A stretch of DNA of 63,707 nucleotides, filler included, from Nemertoderma westbladi (Eukaryota; Animalia; Xenacoelomorpha): assembly GCA_032718475.1 (NCBI GenBank). It is 3 parts of 3 records of this genome, joined end to end, with 100 filler letters (N's around TTAATTAATTAA, not from the genome) between each part and the next. Parts side by side here need not be neighbours in the genome. Positions count along the whole stretch, not along the records: positions 1 to 25,982 come from JAUCBJ010003321.1; 2 more parts are not named here. The stretch is one strand, 5' to 3'. The notes under the pieces were generated by a model that worked only from the letters and a program-made list of their open reading frames with translations, made no database searches and had not been told where the DNA came from. This document shows, one piece after another, positions 1-12,042 of the stretch. The stretch's first letter is position 1; each line of letters opens with the position of its first letter. The position numbers and the translations under genes were made by a program.

Positions 1-75
1 GGAGTGAGTAAAAAATTCATATTGGTATTATTTTCTATTCTGGCAATAAGTTTTGATCGCATATGTGTCCCATCC

Positions 76-1474
76 TATCCCATCCTAGTAGACATGTACC
101 GAACAACAAGAGTCCCACAAGAAATGAAAACAAATAAGTTGGTGCCAGTTCCCAAGAAGGGCAACCTAACACTCTATGGTTCTTTTCGGGGAATCTCATT
201 CATCTCGATTGCTGCAAAGCTATACAATAGGATTCTATTAAATCGCATCAGGGATCCCATTGAGAGACTGCTCCGTGGAAATCAGAATGGGTTCCGTAAA
301 GGTCGTGGGACCATGGAGCCCATTTTGGCACTTAGAAGGATAATTGAAGAGTTATCAAAAAAGAAAGACAGGCATCTGGCTGTTATTTTTGTTGACTTCT
401 TCAAGGCCTTTGATTCAGTCTCTCGCTCACGTATGTTCAGCATACTTTCATTATATGGGATTCCTGATGAAATTATTGCAGCAATCAGATCAGTATACGA
501 TGGTTCGACAACATTTGTGTCTACTGTTGATGGTGACACACAACCATTTGAAGTGTTATGGGGCGTCCTCCAAGGAGACACACTTGCACCATTCTTGTTC
601 ATTATTGTGGTTGACTATGTTCTACGTATGTCCTTAGATCATTATAATGATGATGGGGTGATGATAACTCCACCTACTGGCTCCAGAAGTCGAGGAAATC
701 CTGCCAAGTACCTAACTGATCTAGACTTTGCTGATGACTTAGGAGTACTCTCAGAATCATTAGAGGGAGCCCAACGGCTCCTCAGCTCATTAGAACATGC
801 TGCTTCTAGTGTTGGTCTTTTTATTAACTCCAGAAAGACCAAAATTCTGACAGTTAACTTTGAAAGTCCTCAGCAAGTCTCTGATCGGATGAGCATAAGC
901 TCAAAGGATGGTATGCTTGAGCATGAGGACGACTTCTGTTACCTGGGATCATGGATCCGGAAGTCAGGTGAGGACCTTCGAATACGTAAGGGAAAGGCAT
1001 GGGCAGCCTTGAATAGGCTTTCCAGGATTTGGAAGTCACCGAGAATTAATCGGAAACTTAAGGTCCGATTATTTAGAGCAGCAGTAGTTCCAGTACTCCT
1101 CTATGGGAGTCCATGCTGGGCTCTAACTGCTGAGGACACCAAATCTCTGGATGGCACATTCACAAGAATGCTATGCCGGGTTCATTGTGTCAAGTACAAT
1201 GCACACATCTCCAACCAGACACTATATAACATTGGAGGTGTCTCATTGGTTCCCCCAAGCTTGACACTAGAACAAAATCGTCTCCGCTTTGCAGGACTTG
1301 TCTTGTACTTTGGCAGCCTCATGGAGTGAATAAGCATGGTGGACAGCCCATGACTTTCTTGAGACGCATCTTAAAGGACACTGGCCTTGAAGATGCGGAT
1401 GATCTAGCAAATGTCATGGGTGATAGGGAGTTGTGGCGGTGCAATTTTGTTGACAAGCCGGCACAGCATTCTTA
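76..1474 (+). pseudogene. 5'-truncated RTE-clade LINE, reverse transcriptase and C-terminus
   Basis: ORF 4..1329 carries PVPKKGNL, FRGISF, QNGFRKGR, FVDFFKAFDSV, GVLQGDTLAPFLF, LDFADD, YLGSWI and RLRFAG. A small deletion near 1297 shifts the frame; the tail continues to TAA at 1472-1474. A near-identical copy lies at 60147-61453. Confidence 0.93.
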
Positions 1475-1478
1475 AAAA

Positions 1479-1511
1479 TGCAGCTGCAATGCAGCATGCC
1501 GATCCTAGTAG
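1479..1511 (+). mobile_element. Helitron/Helentron-like terminal motif (hairpin followed by CTAG)
   Basis: TGCAGCTGCAATGCAGCATGCCGATCCTAGTAG contains the hairpin GCTGC-AAT-GCAGC followed by CTAG|T. Its exact reverse complement is at 20241-20273, and a degenerate copy is at about 9178-9213. Confidence 0.5.
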
Positions 1512-1567
1512 CATATGTGTTGGCTTGTATGTACTACTGTATATATAACTTTTTTTTATGGTTATAG

Positions 1568-1933
1568 CGACTTTTGACATTTGCAAAAGAAGGAATCATC
1601 TACAAAGATAAAGGCGAAAAAAAACCGAAACTATATTGGGGAGAAATAAAATCCACCGGACAGAACAGAAACATATTGAGCATAACACGAGATTGTCCCT
1701 TAACACAGAAAAACAAAGACAAAATCTACACTTTAGACGAGTTTACGGCAGAAACAATAACCACAACTCGTGGTGAGAACAGGAAATCGTTAGTGCATGG
1801 AATTCAGTTAATGAAAAAGGGCAAAGTGAAGGAGAAATTTTGGTTCGAAAGTAGAGAAGTCAGGAACCAATGGCTGAAAGTTATTGAGGGCGAGGAATTT
1901 GTTGCATCGTCTTCCAGTGATTCTAGTGACTAG
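1568..1933 (+). CDS. Putative terminal exon encoding a PH (pleckstrin homology) domain, copy 1
   Basis: A T-rich tract and TAG acceptor (1566-1567) precede a frame with no in-frame ATG start. The translation has the PH pattern KEGIIYK..KLYWGEI..ILSI..KIYTL..HGIQL..KFWFES-REVRNQWLKVI. AATAAA follows at about 2002. Confidence 0.7.
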   Translation, partial: RLLTFAKEGIIYKDKGEKKPKLYWGEIKSTGQNRNILSITRDCPLTQKNKDKIYTLDEFTAETITTTRGENRKSLVHGIQLMKKGKVKEKFWFESREVRNQWLKVIEGEEFVASSSSDSSD

Positions 1934-2643
1934 TGTCTGTGTTACGAAGGTTGATATTCATGTCGGATATAATTTCAAGATCACCTGATAAGATAAATAT
2001 GAATAAAACCTGTCAATTTAATACAAAAACCTATTTATTATTTTTAAAAATGTAGCCCATGACTTTCTTTATAAATTGTTAGTTATATTGTAGGTAAGTC
2101 CACAGACATGCAGTCTCACAGACGTGAAGTTAAAAAAATTTTAATTTATATTTAAAACAACCTTCAGTTATCGATTGACCCTCATACCAAAAATTGTTCA
2201 TTTTGGACAATGTCTTGCCCTCTGTTTCAATTGGTTTTCATTGACTGTGTCATTATAGCGCCCCCCCCCCCCCCCCTCCCCTTAAGTCAAAGTCAAGCTA
2301 ACATTAAAGCATAGAACATCGCCGTGACCGTCGCAAAAGTCGATGTATCGAATGTATTGGTTGCACTGTAGCAACATACGCCATGTCATGGAATACAGTA
2401 TAGTGTCGTTATTCATGCAGCAGACTCCAAATTGTTTATCTTTAGCTGGATGGGTGTAATTCGACAACAATAGTTGAATTAAATTCACAATTAGTCATTA
2501 AGTGTAGTGACGAAGCAGTCACTACTACCCTCATGCTCTTGAAAAATTGAATTGAAAAGTGCCGTATTTCGCGCGTTTTCTATTTTCTCCCCTACATTTA
2601 GCGCCCCCTGAGCCTGGCGCTCGACCCCCCCCCCCCCCCCCCC

Positions 2644-3025
2644 TGAACTTGAACTTGAACTTGTTTATTAGCGGATTACAAATTAAAATAAATACAAATC
2701 ACGATAGAAATTAACAAAAAGAAAAAATTTGGACGCTAAGGATAGCCCTAAGAGATAATTACATCTCATTTCCATAGGGATCCCTGTTATAAAAGGTAGA
2801 TAAAATATAAAGTTTATAAGTAATAGAAACATAATAAAATCGCTATGTTATTGTGAACACCGAGATATCCGTAGATGCAAGTTTATCTAAAAAGTGTTTC
2901 TTCAGGTTGTGTTGGAATACGACAAGAGATGGCGCTCGAGTTATTGACCCTGGTAGATCATTCCACAACGAGGGCCCGTAGTATGAGAATGTAGACTGGC
3001 CGTGGACGGTGTGTCTCTGTGGGAT
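2644..3025 (-). mobile_element. 3' end fragment of a CR1/L2-type LINE
   Basis: The minus strand reads RTVHGQSTFSYYGPSLWNDLPGSITRAPSLVVFQHNLKKHFL, a typical ORF2 C-terminus. It is followed by AATAAA and an (AGTTCA)n tail. Confidence 0.75.
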
Positions 3026-3399
3026 TTCCCTCCCCCCACACTACACCCCCCCCCCCCCCCCATTTTACCGCCTCTGCTAGAACTACTTCCTCCATTATTT
3101 GAATTCAGTCAATCTTTATGGTTAATGCTTTTGATAATTTCTTTGAAATCTTGAAAACATGTTCTAGAACATGATATTTGAGTAAGTAGCTAGGAAGGTG
3201 ATCTACTCTTATATGTAGCCTAATTATATGGTCGGGTTTCCACTTAAATACCAAATACCGTATTACTGCAGGTATGTGCCTACCACCCTACTACCTACCA
3301 CCTACTGTGTACTATTAGCCAAATAAAGGTACCGTACTACTTCGCCATATCGACACCCCCCCCCCCCCCCCTGTCACCCTGTCATTTTTTAACCATTAA

Positions 3400-4946
3400 C
3401 TTTTCGCGGTTTTAAGTGTTTTTTTTATAATAGTGAATGTTCTACATAGAACCTTAGTAGGTATTTTTTATGGTATCTAGTGTTTTTTTACTACCGGTAG
3501 CCAGTCTTTTTTGAAAATAAAAAATTTACTTTTTTTTGTTACAACATTATTAGTTATAGTAGCCAGTATTTTTATGGAGCTAGTAAATTATTTACTAGCT
3601 AGTACTAATAGTACGTATTTAAAATGTTGACTACAGTTCCGTATGCCACTACACTTTTTACTCCTGGCAACAATTAGTTATAGAACACCATATAAATGTT
3701 ATTTAACTATTCTAGAACATAAATAAAATAAAAATATAATGTTCTAGAACATGTAGCTAGTTATTTTTTAATTTTAAATTAGCTAGTAATTAAAAAAAAT
3801 TCAGATTTCAACTTTGGACAATTTGTTGCCAAATGTTTTAACATTTTTATAGTTTCAAATACACATATCACATATCTACTAATTTTATATATTTTTGGAG
3901 GAAAAGTACAACATTATGAAGCGGGCGAACGAACGACCCACTAAATTTTTTTAAATTTGGAAAAGCGTAAAACAAATGATAAATGAATACATTCTTTAAA
4001 AATATTTTCTGAACAGGATAATCCAAGGGCACTACTACAGTATGTGTACCCATGGGCACTACTACAGTACCGGTATGTGTACCCATGGGCACTACTACAG
4101 TATGTGTACCCATGGGCACTACTACAGTATGTGTACCAATGGGCACTACTGTACTACAGTATGTGTACCCATGACCGGGATTTTTTTGTAGTAGCTAGTT
4201 TTTGCTACTTTTTTTTAATTTTCTATGTCATATTACAGTAGCTATAGTTTTGTAAAAAAAATGTTCTAGAACAAATATTTTTTTGTTCTAGAACATTTAA
4301 AATAAATTATTTATTATGTGTAATAAATTGTTTAATTATTTTCTATAAACGTTACTTGCTACTAATTATTTTCCGGCTAGCTAGTGATTTTGCAAGTTTA
4401 GCTATCATTAAAAAAAAAATTTGTGAAATTATTTGTTATGTGTAATAAATTGTTTTTTTTTTAAATAATAGTTCATTTGCAAAATCACTAGCTAGCCTGA
4501 AAATTAGTACAGTAGCGATTAATGTTTCTAGATAATTAAACAATTTATTACACATAACAAATGATTTCTGAAAATTTTTTTCTTTTAAATGATAGCTAAA
4601 CTTGGAAAATTTACATTGTCAAATAAATGGTCAAAAAGTGGGTACCGGTACCCATAACATAGTAGTGCCCCATAACATAGTAGTGCCAAAATCACTACCT
4701 AGCTAGCCTGATAATTTGTATTGTTTAATGTTTATAGATACCGGTACATAAACTATTTATTACACATAAAACTAATTTTTAATAAATTTTTATTTTTTAT
4801 TTTTAATGTTCTAGAACAAAAAATATTTGTTCTAGAACATAATTTTTTTAACCTAACAATAACTAACATGAAATAGAATAGTTCTAAAAAAAAGTAGCAA
4901 AAACTAGCTATAGTAAAAGAAATATGGTCATGGGTAGGCCTACACA
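3400..4946. mobile_element. Degenerate foldback-type non-autonomous DNA transposon remnants
   Basis: AT-rich sequence with recurring TGTTCTAGAAC and ACTAGCTAGT motifs. 4160-4330 and 4750-4946 are inverted repeats. 3425-3630 is the reverse-complement homolog of 35900-36095 inside the MULE element. Confidence 0.65.
4026..4172. repeat. 27-bp tandem repeat, about 5 copies
   Basis: The unit is CATGGGCACTACTACAGTATGTGTACC. Two units carry small TA-flanked insertions. Confidence 0.95.
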
Positions 4947-5379
4947 TCCTATCCCAGGTGAAAGAAATAAAAAATAAAGACTCAGAACCCCGAGGGGTGA
5001 TTGTGCGTGGCCAATATTTTGGGGGCAGATATTGACTTAGCGACGACATTACTGACTCAAACTCTAACGGGATCTACTATTCCTAAGTAATCACAACAAT
5101 CCAATGGTAAAAGTAAAGAAAAAAGTAAATTTTCTTCGACCGCTAGGCCAGGGATTACGCACAAAGTCTGAAGAACTTATTTCCAGTGCGGTCCCCCCCA
5201 GAACATTACTCCCCAGAGGAAACTGCAGTACTCATTTAGCTACCACTTAAGGATGCAATGACAAAGAACAAAGAACATAAAGTTCTGGAACCTACGAAAA
5301 CAATACAAGTTATACAAACTCAATAAAACCTTGGCTCATATTTCAAGACAAACAATCCTCAGTCGCCCCCATAGATTCT

Positions 5380-5830
5380 ACAAAGCAAGAGTCACATTTC
5401 TCAAACCTCTTTGGTTCTATGCCGACGACCTGGCTCTGCACTCCGATGACCACAAGGAACTCATCGACGCATTACACGATTGGTGCGACCTAAACTGCAT
5501 GTCTGTAAATCTAAAGAAAACTAAATTATCAAATTCCGTAAAGTCGGACGACTAGCTCGCGCTGATAAATTTACGTACAATGACAGCCCCGTAGAATTCG
5601 CCAACTGCTAGAAGTATTTTGGATTAGTACTTCAACCATCCCTCTGGGTTTCTGAGCACATCCAGTTAAAGATTTCCATTGGTTCATTGACACATTTCCA
5701 TTTGCTCTATTGAAACAGGATTAAAAATATTTAACATAAAAATAGCCCCGCCATCACTCATCATATAACTAGTATCGGTAATAATACTTAACCTTACAGA
5801 ATCTTAAAGAGTTGGACAAAATAGATGCAA
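5380..5830 (+). pseudogene. Heavily decayed LINE reverse transcriptase fragment
   Basis: WFYADDLAL..LHDWCDLNCMSVNLKKTK, then a KYFGLVL-like segment, with stops and frameshifts. Confidence 0.75.
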
Positions 5831-7034
5831 CGATCAGTTAGACACAATCAGTTAGAGTTAGACGCAATAGATCAAAATAATGCTGACACTTCTCATAATT
5901 CGGCTTCCTCTACTCTCGCTCTAAACTTGATTAACGAACAACAATATATGGCTACAGTTTGATTAAAATATCCAGACATATTAACAGATTACGTCACCAC
6001 CAGATACCGCGAGCACCGACGCAAGTATGATAATAACTTTATCGCAGAATCTTTTCATCTCAAACTTGTACTTTCTGGTCATCTTAAACTTATAATTTTC
6101 GGTACAAAATTTGGTGTCAGCACCAAAATTAGTCCTATTACGCCGAAAAATACGAGTAGCAAGGATCTGGAGCAATAGACATGGATTCCATTAGAATCAG
6201 CGCCCCAGAAAACCTGAAAATGTGAATTTATAGCATCGTATACATAAGTGAATTACAAATTTTGTGTTCAAACTGAAAAGTGCTGGTTACTTGTTTTTTT
6301 TTTAATTTTCTGCATCCGTAAAGGACAAAAACTGCTATTTATACTGTAGTAATCAGATCCCTTATAAATGTTTTCCAATGGATTCAGCGCCCCAGAAAAC
6401 CTGTATTAAAAAAAGATTAGCTGAAAATGAGAGGGGACAATATGACCCCCCCCCGCCCCCCGGTATTTGTACAGCATTTTATTGCCCGGTACTAATATTT
6501 ACCGTCTATTAAATTTAACAGTGTCCGAAGTTACAACCCTTGCTTTTAACTGAGATCAACTTAGACTGACCGGAACACCACTAGACCCTTAAATACTTCG
6601 ACCGACCCAAGAACCCTAGCCCTTTTTTTTTTAATTTTTAATATCTTTAAATCCAAACTTTAAGAAGCACCTTGCTTAAAATGATTAAAATTTTTAATTT
6701 CATTTATATTTTACATATGTACATTTTAATGTTCCATATGCCACATATAAAACTGATATTGATGCTAGTCTAATAATAATTATAATTTTAATCCGCAATT
6801 TCAGTCAACAATGGCAATGGCCTTCCTTGTACCAACCCCACTTGGTTACACTCTGTACTGCAAACTGTTCCCGTTTCCCTTCCTCTGATTGTTTATGGTC
6901 CAAAGCTGAATTTGCTTTGCTATAGTAGAGGACAACCACAGCACACAGTACTAGTGTTCTAAAACAATTAGGGTGCATAAAGACGGAATTTACTATACAG
7001 TACTGTATAATATATGTTTACATAGTGCGAACGG

Positions 7035-8340
7035 AGAGCATGGTGACAGTGCTGTGAGAGCGTGGTGACAGTGCTGTGAGAGCATGGTGATGGCGCTGTG
7101 AGAGCGCGGTGATGGCGAGGTGAGAGCGCGGTGATAGCGCTGTGAGAGCATGGTGATGGCACTGTGAGAGCGCAGTGACAGCGCTGTGAGAGCATGGCGA
7201 TGGTGCTGTGAGAGCACAGTGACAGCGCTGTGAGAGCATGGTGACAGTGCTGTGAGAGCGTGGTGACAGTGCTGTGAGAGCGTGGTGATGGCGCTGTGAG
7301 AGCGTGTTGATGGTGCTGTGAGAGCATGGTGATGGCGCTGTGAGAGCGTGGTGACAGCGAGGTGAGAGCGTGGTGATGGCGCTGTGAAAGCATGGTGATG
7401 GCGCTGTGAGAGCGCAGTGACAGCGCTGTGAGAGCATGGTGATGGCGCTGTGAGGGCGCAGTGACAGCGCTGTGAGAGCATGGTGACAGTGCTGTGAGAG
7501 CATGGTGCGGTGCTGTGAGAGCGTGTTGATGGCGCTGTGAGAGCATGGTGGTGGCGCTGTGAGAGCGCGGTGATGGCGCAGTGAGAGCGCGGTGATGGCA
7601 CTGTGAGCGCTGTGAGAGCATGGTGATGGTGCTGTGAGAGCGCAGTGGCAGCGCTGTGAGAGCGTGGTGACGGCGCTGTGAGAGCGTGGTGACAGCGCTG
7701 TAAGAGCATGGTGACGGCACTGTGAGAGCGCAGTGACAGCGCTGTGAGAGCATGGTGACAGTGCTGTGAGAGCGTGGTGACGGTGCTGTGAGAGCGTGGT
7801 GACGGTGCTGTGAGAGCGTGTTGATGGTGCTGTGAGAGCGTGTTGATGGTGCTGTGAGATCATGGTGACGGCGCTGTGAAAGCGTGGTGACGGCGCTGTG
7901 AGAGCGTGGTGACGGCGCTGTGAGAGCATGGTGACGGCGCTGTGAGAGTGTGGTGATGGCACTGTGAGAGCGTGGTGACGGCGCTGTGAGTGCGTGTTGA
8001 TGGTGCTGTGGGAGTGTGGTGACGGCGCTGTGAGAGCATGGTGATGGTGCTGCGAGAGCGTGGTGACAGCGCTGTGAGAGCGTGGTGACGGCGCTGTGAG
8101 AGCATGGTGATGGTGCTATGAGAGCGTGGTGACGATGCTGTGAGAGCGTGGTGATGGTGCTGCAAGAGCGTGGTGACAGCGCTGTGAGAGCGTGGTGACG
8201 GCGCTGTGAGAGCATGGTGATGGTGCTGTGAGAGCGTGGTGACGATGCTGTGAGAGCGTGGTGATGGCACTGTGAGAGCATGGTAACGGCGCTGTGAGAG
8301 TGTGGTGACAGCGCTGTTAGAGCGTGGTGACGGCGCTGTT
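7035..8340. repeat. 21-bp minisatellite, about 60 copies
   Basis: Consensus is approximately GCTGTGAGAGCGTGGTGACGG with point variants. It explains the overlapping His/Ser-rich ORFs. Confidence 0.97.
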
Positions 8341-8499
8341 AACTGTTAGGTCTAGATATTGGTAGAATTAATAAAAACCTTATCAATAATCAGATGAAAA
8401 CAAAGCACTAATGCAGTTGATTCTTACTTCTGCTATGTAGGGATGTTTCTACTGGACTTGTAAATGTAAATTATTGTACTTCAAAATACTCAATGAAAA

Positions 8500-9123
8500 A
8501 TGTCACATTTAAAAAAGAAAGAAAGGAAGAGAATGAAGAGCGAAGAGAAATTCATTCTCCCACCATTAGATAGCAATGATTCAATTCGTGGACAACTTCT
8601 AAACGATCTGTCAGGTGAATCAATCTGGGTAATCTCTCCCGATCTGATGACACAATATAATTTAAGGAAATATTATAGTCACACATCTGAGGGTCTCCCT
8701 TTTATACCAGTCTTAGATCAGTTTTTACAGGAAAACGTAAAAGGAAGAGAAGAAATCGTCATGTTCAAATTTGTGGAAAAGACAAAATTTATCGAGTGGT
8801 TATTGTCTTTGCGTAAAGGCCCTATCACAGTATATCAAACTCATCGTTTTGATCGATCATTTCCTGAGGCAAAAAAAGGCCACGAACGTGGTGGTCTTTC
8901 AATCTTTAGGGGCGATGAAAACAAATTTCGAATTAACATACAAGCTGCTAACATACATGATGCTGCCATATTGTACTCATTCTTTCTTCTATACATCAAT
9001 AACCCAATGGACGAATCCAAAAGGGCAAGTTGCATATTTAATTACTATAAAATCCTTTTAATTTTATTTGCCTCTACAGTATATAACAAAGTTGTCAATA
9101 TTTGTAATCCTTTTCAATTATGA
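8500..9123 (+). CDS. Hypothetical protein, 207 aa, no recognised family
   Basis: Uninterrupted ATG-started ORF of complex sequence in AT-rich DNA, with a basic NLS-like N-terminus (KKKERKRMK). Confidence 0.4.
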   Translation: MSHLKKKERKRMKSEEKFILPPLDSNDSIRGQLLNDLSGESIWVISPDLMTQYNLRKYYSHTSEGLPFIPVLDQFLQENVKGREEIVMFKFVEKTKFIEWLLSLRKGPITVYQTHRFDRSFPEAKKGHERGGLSIFRGDENKFRINIQAANIHDAAILYSFFLLYINNPMDESKRASCIFNYYKILLILFASTVYNKVVNICNPFQL

Positions 9124-9579
9124 AATTGATTGGCGTTTCGGCAGCGCAATGTTATTGATAAGCGGCATACCTTACTCAATGGAGCTGTAATGTAGCACGC
9201 TGATCCGAGATAGATGTTTCCAAACATAAATTTATATCTATTTTGCTCAAGAAAGTGGAAAAAAATGGAAGGAAGTACCTCCCAGGGGATGAGCCAGTGC
9301 TATTTCATTACCAGACTAACTCCTCCGGCGGCTATAATTAAAATGGTAGGACCAATATAATTATAAATTTGTGATAGCAGGTAAAAATGAGGTCAAACAT
9401 CGCAGGTATGTGATAAAATTGAATATAAATATATTGAAGTTAACGCTTTAAAGAATCATTAATATTAATTGATAATAATTTGTATTATTTATTTAATTGC
9501 CAAGCAAGTTAAAAAACCTCACCGGTAGGTATGCAAGGACTAAAGTACTGTAGGTAAAAAACTAAAAAGCAACTGGACC

Positions 9580-10727
9580 TAGATGGTTGCATGCAGCCAG
9601 TCAGCTGACGGCAGTCAGCAGACTGGTCGGTTTTGCCTCATGAATGATGGCATTCTCAGGAGGGCAAGCCTAGATTTCATCATCAAGTTCCTCTCTCCAG
9701 CTAACTCGACAATTCTACACTAGACGCATGAGAAGGAGGAGTCACTCAGGCTGCAACGAACAAAGCCACTTACAACTATGAATTCTAAGAGGAATGGAAG
9801 CATCAAACTGAATACTGGAGTGGAAGATGGGTTTATTATTTGAGAAATTGAGCTTGGAGTGGAGATTCAGTGAACTTGGAGAACTCGGAAACCACTGACA
9901 ATGCTGCCGACTTGCCTTGCAACAATTCCGATCCAACCCCACAGTCACCAAATATCTGATCAAAGAACATCATCTGAAAACCATTCAAAAATACATGAAC
10001 GGAGTCACAGGTGAGGTATATAGCTGCATGTTCTATCCGATTTCAACTACAAAACTGGATCCTGAAGAATAAACATTCCAACTCGAAACTTTTATTCAAG
10101 AAATGTCTATGAACCACCCATCCAACACAAAAACCTACCCAAGGCTGTTGAAACACTCTAAGCTGAGCAGTGTATAAGCGATGACTTGGTTGATGGACTC
10201 ATGGGTGTAATCCAACAACAATTTCCTCAAAATACGCTGATTCCGAACCACCTGGCACAGCAACTGCGACTGCCCAACTGCCTCTTCCAGCAAATTGAAT
10301 CCAACTCGGTGGACCCCCAGGACAAAGAACTTTTCATTCTCAAAATAATTGAATGGATACATCTGTGGCATCTTCAGTTGTCTAGATGTCACCCAAAACA
10401 GACGCAGATTCCACCCATCCATTACGACTCTGAAAAAGCTCGCAGGTGGCTGTGTAGCTACTGCAACAGCTTCAAGTTAACAGACGATATCGAGGTGGAC
10501 ATTGATTTTACCTGTTCTCCCTACCAATCTAATCCAACCTAAATCCAGGCTATAACCTTAAAATCAGACCAGCAACAAACTGTTATCTACGAACTATACA
10601 ATATCGCCAAAGTCTTTCTAAAAGACGTTTTGAAGATGATTTCTGATAAGTATACTTTGAATCAAATGACAAAAATTTGCGATGCCCTGCTATAAAATAT
10701 ACGCCTGCAATCCAACAGACTTCCCTT
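9580..10727 (+). pseudogene. Decayed coding region including a death-domain-like segment
   Basis: Long stop-poor frames with a few stops and frameshifts. 10249-10356 reads HLAQQLRLPNCLFQQIESNSVDPQDKELFILKIIEW. Confidence 0.35.
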
Positions 10728-11074
10728 ATTATTATTATTATTAATTTCTTTCGTACATAACATATGGGAATATACTAATCGTATGGTAGTACAGGAGCAC
10801 AATAATTAAATTACCACAAAAAAAAGAAAAATATATAAATATATATATAAGTAATGTAAGGTAGGTAGAATCAGTCTGAGGAGACATGCTCAAAAAGCAT
10901 CCCAATTTCATTATTTGAAAACCCCGCTATTGCCAACTCGCCGTTTCTAACTCGGCATAATTCCCTGCACAAATCCTCCAAACTGCGTCGCTCGTAATGG
11001 CGTACGACAAATTTACACTAATTAATTTATTGCACAATAAAAAAATAACGGAGAGGAAACACTCATTGCATATA

Positions 11075-11341
11075 TATGGGGCGCCGTGGGCTTCAAAAAT
11101 ATGAAAATGTCGGCGACTGGTTCAGACTCTCGGTGACTGGTTTAGATTTTGGCCTAGATTTCCTTGGCCGAAATCTAAGCCGAAATCTTGGCCGAAATCT
11201 AAGCCGAAATCTTTGCCGAAATCTTGGCCGAAATCTAAGCCGAAATCTTTGCCGAAATCTTGGCCAAAATCTAAACCAGTCGCCGAGAATCTGAACCAGT
11301 CGCCGACATTTTCATATTTTTGAAACCCACGGCGCCCCATA
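11075..11341. mobile_element. Non-autonomous MITE, IS3EU-like
   Basis: TIRs of about 78 bp (TATGGGGCGCC...GGCGCCCCATA) and a 6-bp TSD CATATA (11069-11074 and 11342-11347). Removing it restores the host LINE frame RRICNE. Internal 12-bp GCCGAAATCTnn repeats. Confidence 0.85.
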
Positions 11342-12042
11342 CATATACGCCTAATATTTAACCCACTACGACTCCGGCAATCATTCCACACTAATCTAGA
11401 CAAAAATCTGACACATAGCTTGTTAGACGCTAACATCGTTTTCGAAAAAATAACTAGTTGTTTCGTAATCATAAATTTAGGATGCTCAAAGTTTACCTGT
11501 CCTTCAACAATGAGCCGATGGGCATTATATGGTAATGCCCATACAATTTTAATGTTGTTGTTCCATGCACTATAAACTCGCTTACAACCTTCAGAATATA
11601 TATCCCAAACCAGACAACCATAAAAATGTGTACAATATACATACACGTTGTAGATATGATAAAATATGTGGCGATGAGAAATTATATTCCTGACGTAAAT
11701 TTGATAATTTACCAATAAATGCACCTCGTAATAAATTAAAGTTGTAATCGAGCAAAATACCTAAATGAATAGCCTCCTGAACCTACGGTAGTGAAATGCC
11801 GTTTACAACAATTTCAGCTCTAGGAGGTTTCCATACAAAATTAATTGGAATACACTTAGATTTACACAACTTCGGGTCGCAATTAACACTTAGTTTTAAC
11901 TTAAATTCAGTACAAAAATCTACACAGATATCGATCATATATTGTAAACCAAAAACTGATGGACATAGTAATAACACATCGACTGCGTATGCTAGACAAC
12001 CAAAATATATATTACCAATAGAGCACCCTACACAAGATATAC

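Noticed and set aside
107-130. Apparent shared 5' truncation point of the two RTE copies
   Set aside because: Copy 1 plausibly continues upstream in frame (PILVDMYRTT); only copy 2 is clearly cut here.
4-1329. RT as a retron, DGR or group II intron system
   Set aside because: The motifs and C-terminus are those of eukaryotic RTE LINEs; no ncRNA or TR/VR pair is seen.
5980-6500. AT-rich repeat-like segment with AAATTTGGTG.CAGCAC motifs, similar to 40700-41100
   Set aside because: It is likely a non-autonomous DNA transposon, but termini and TSD could not be established.
6968-8281. Long His/Ser/Thr-rich ORFs (437, 314, 238 aa)
   Set aside because: They are by-products of a stop-free 21-bp minisatellite that is open in several frames.
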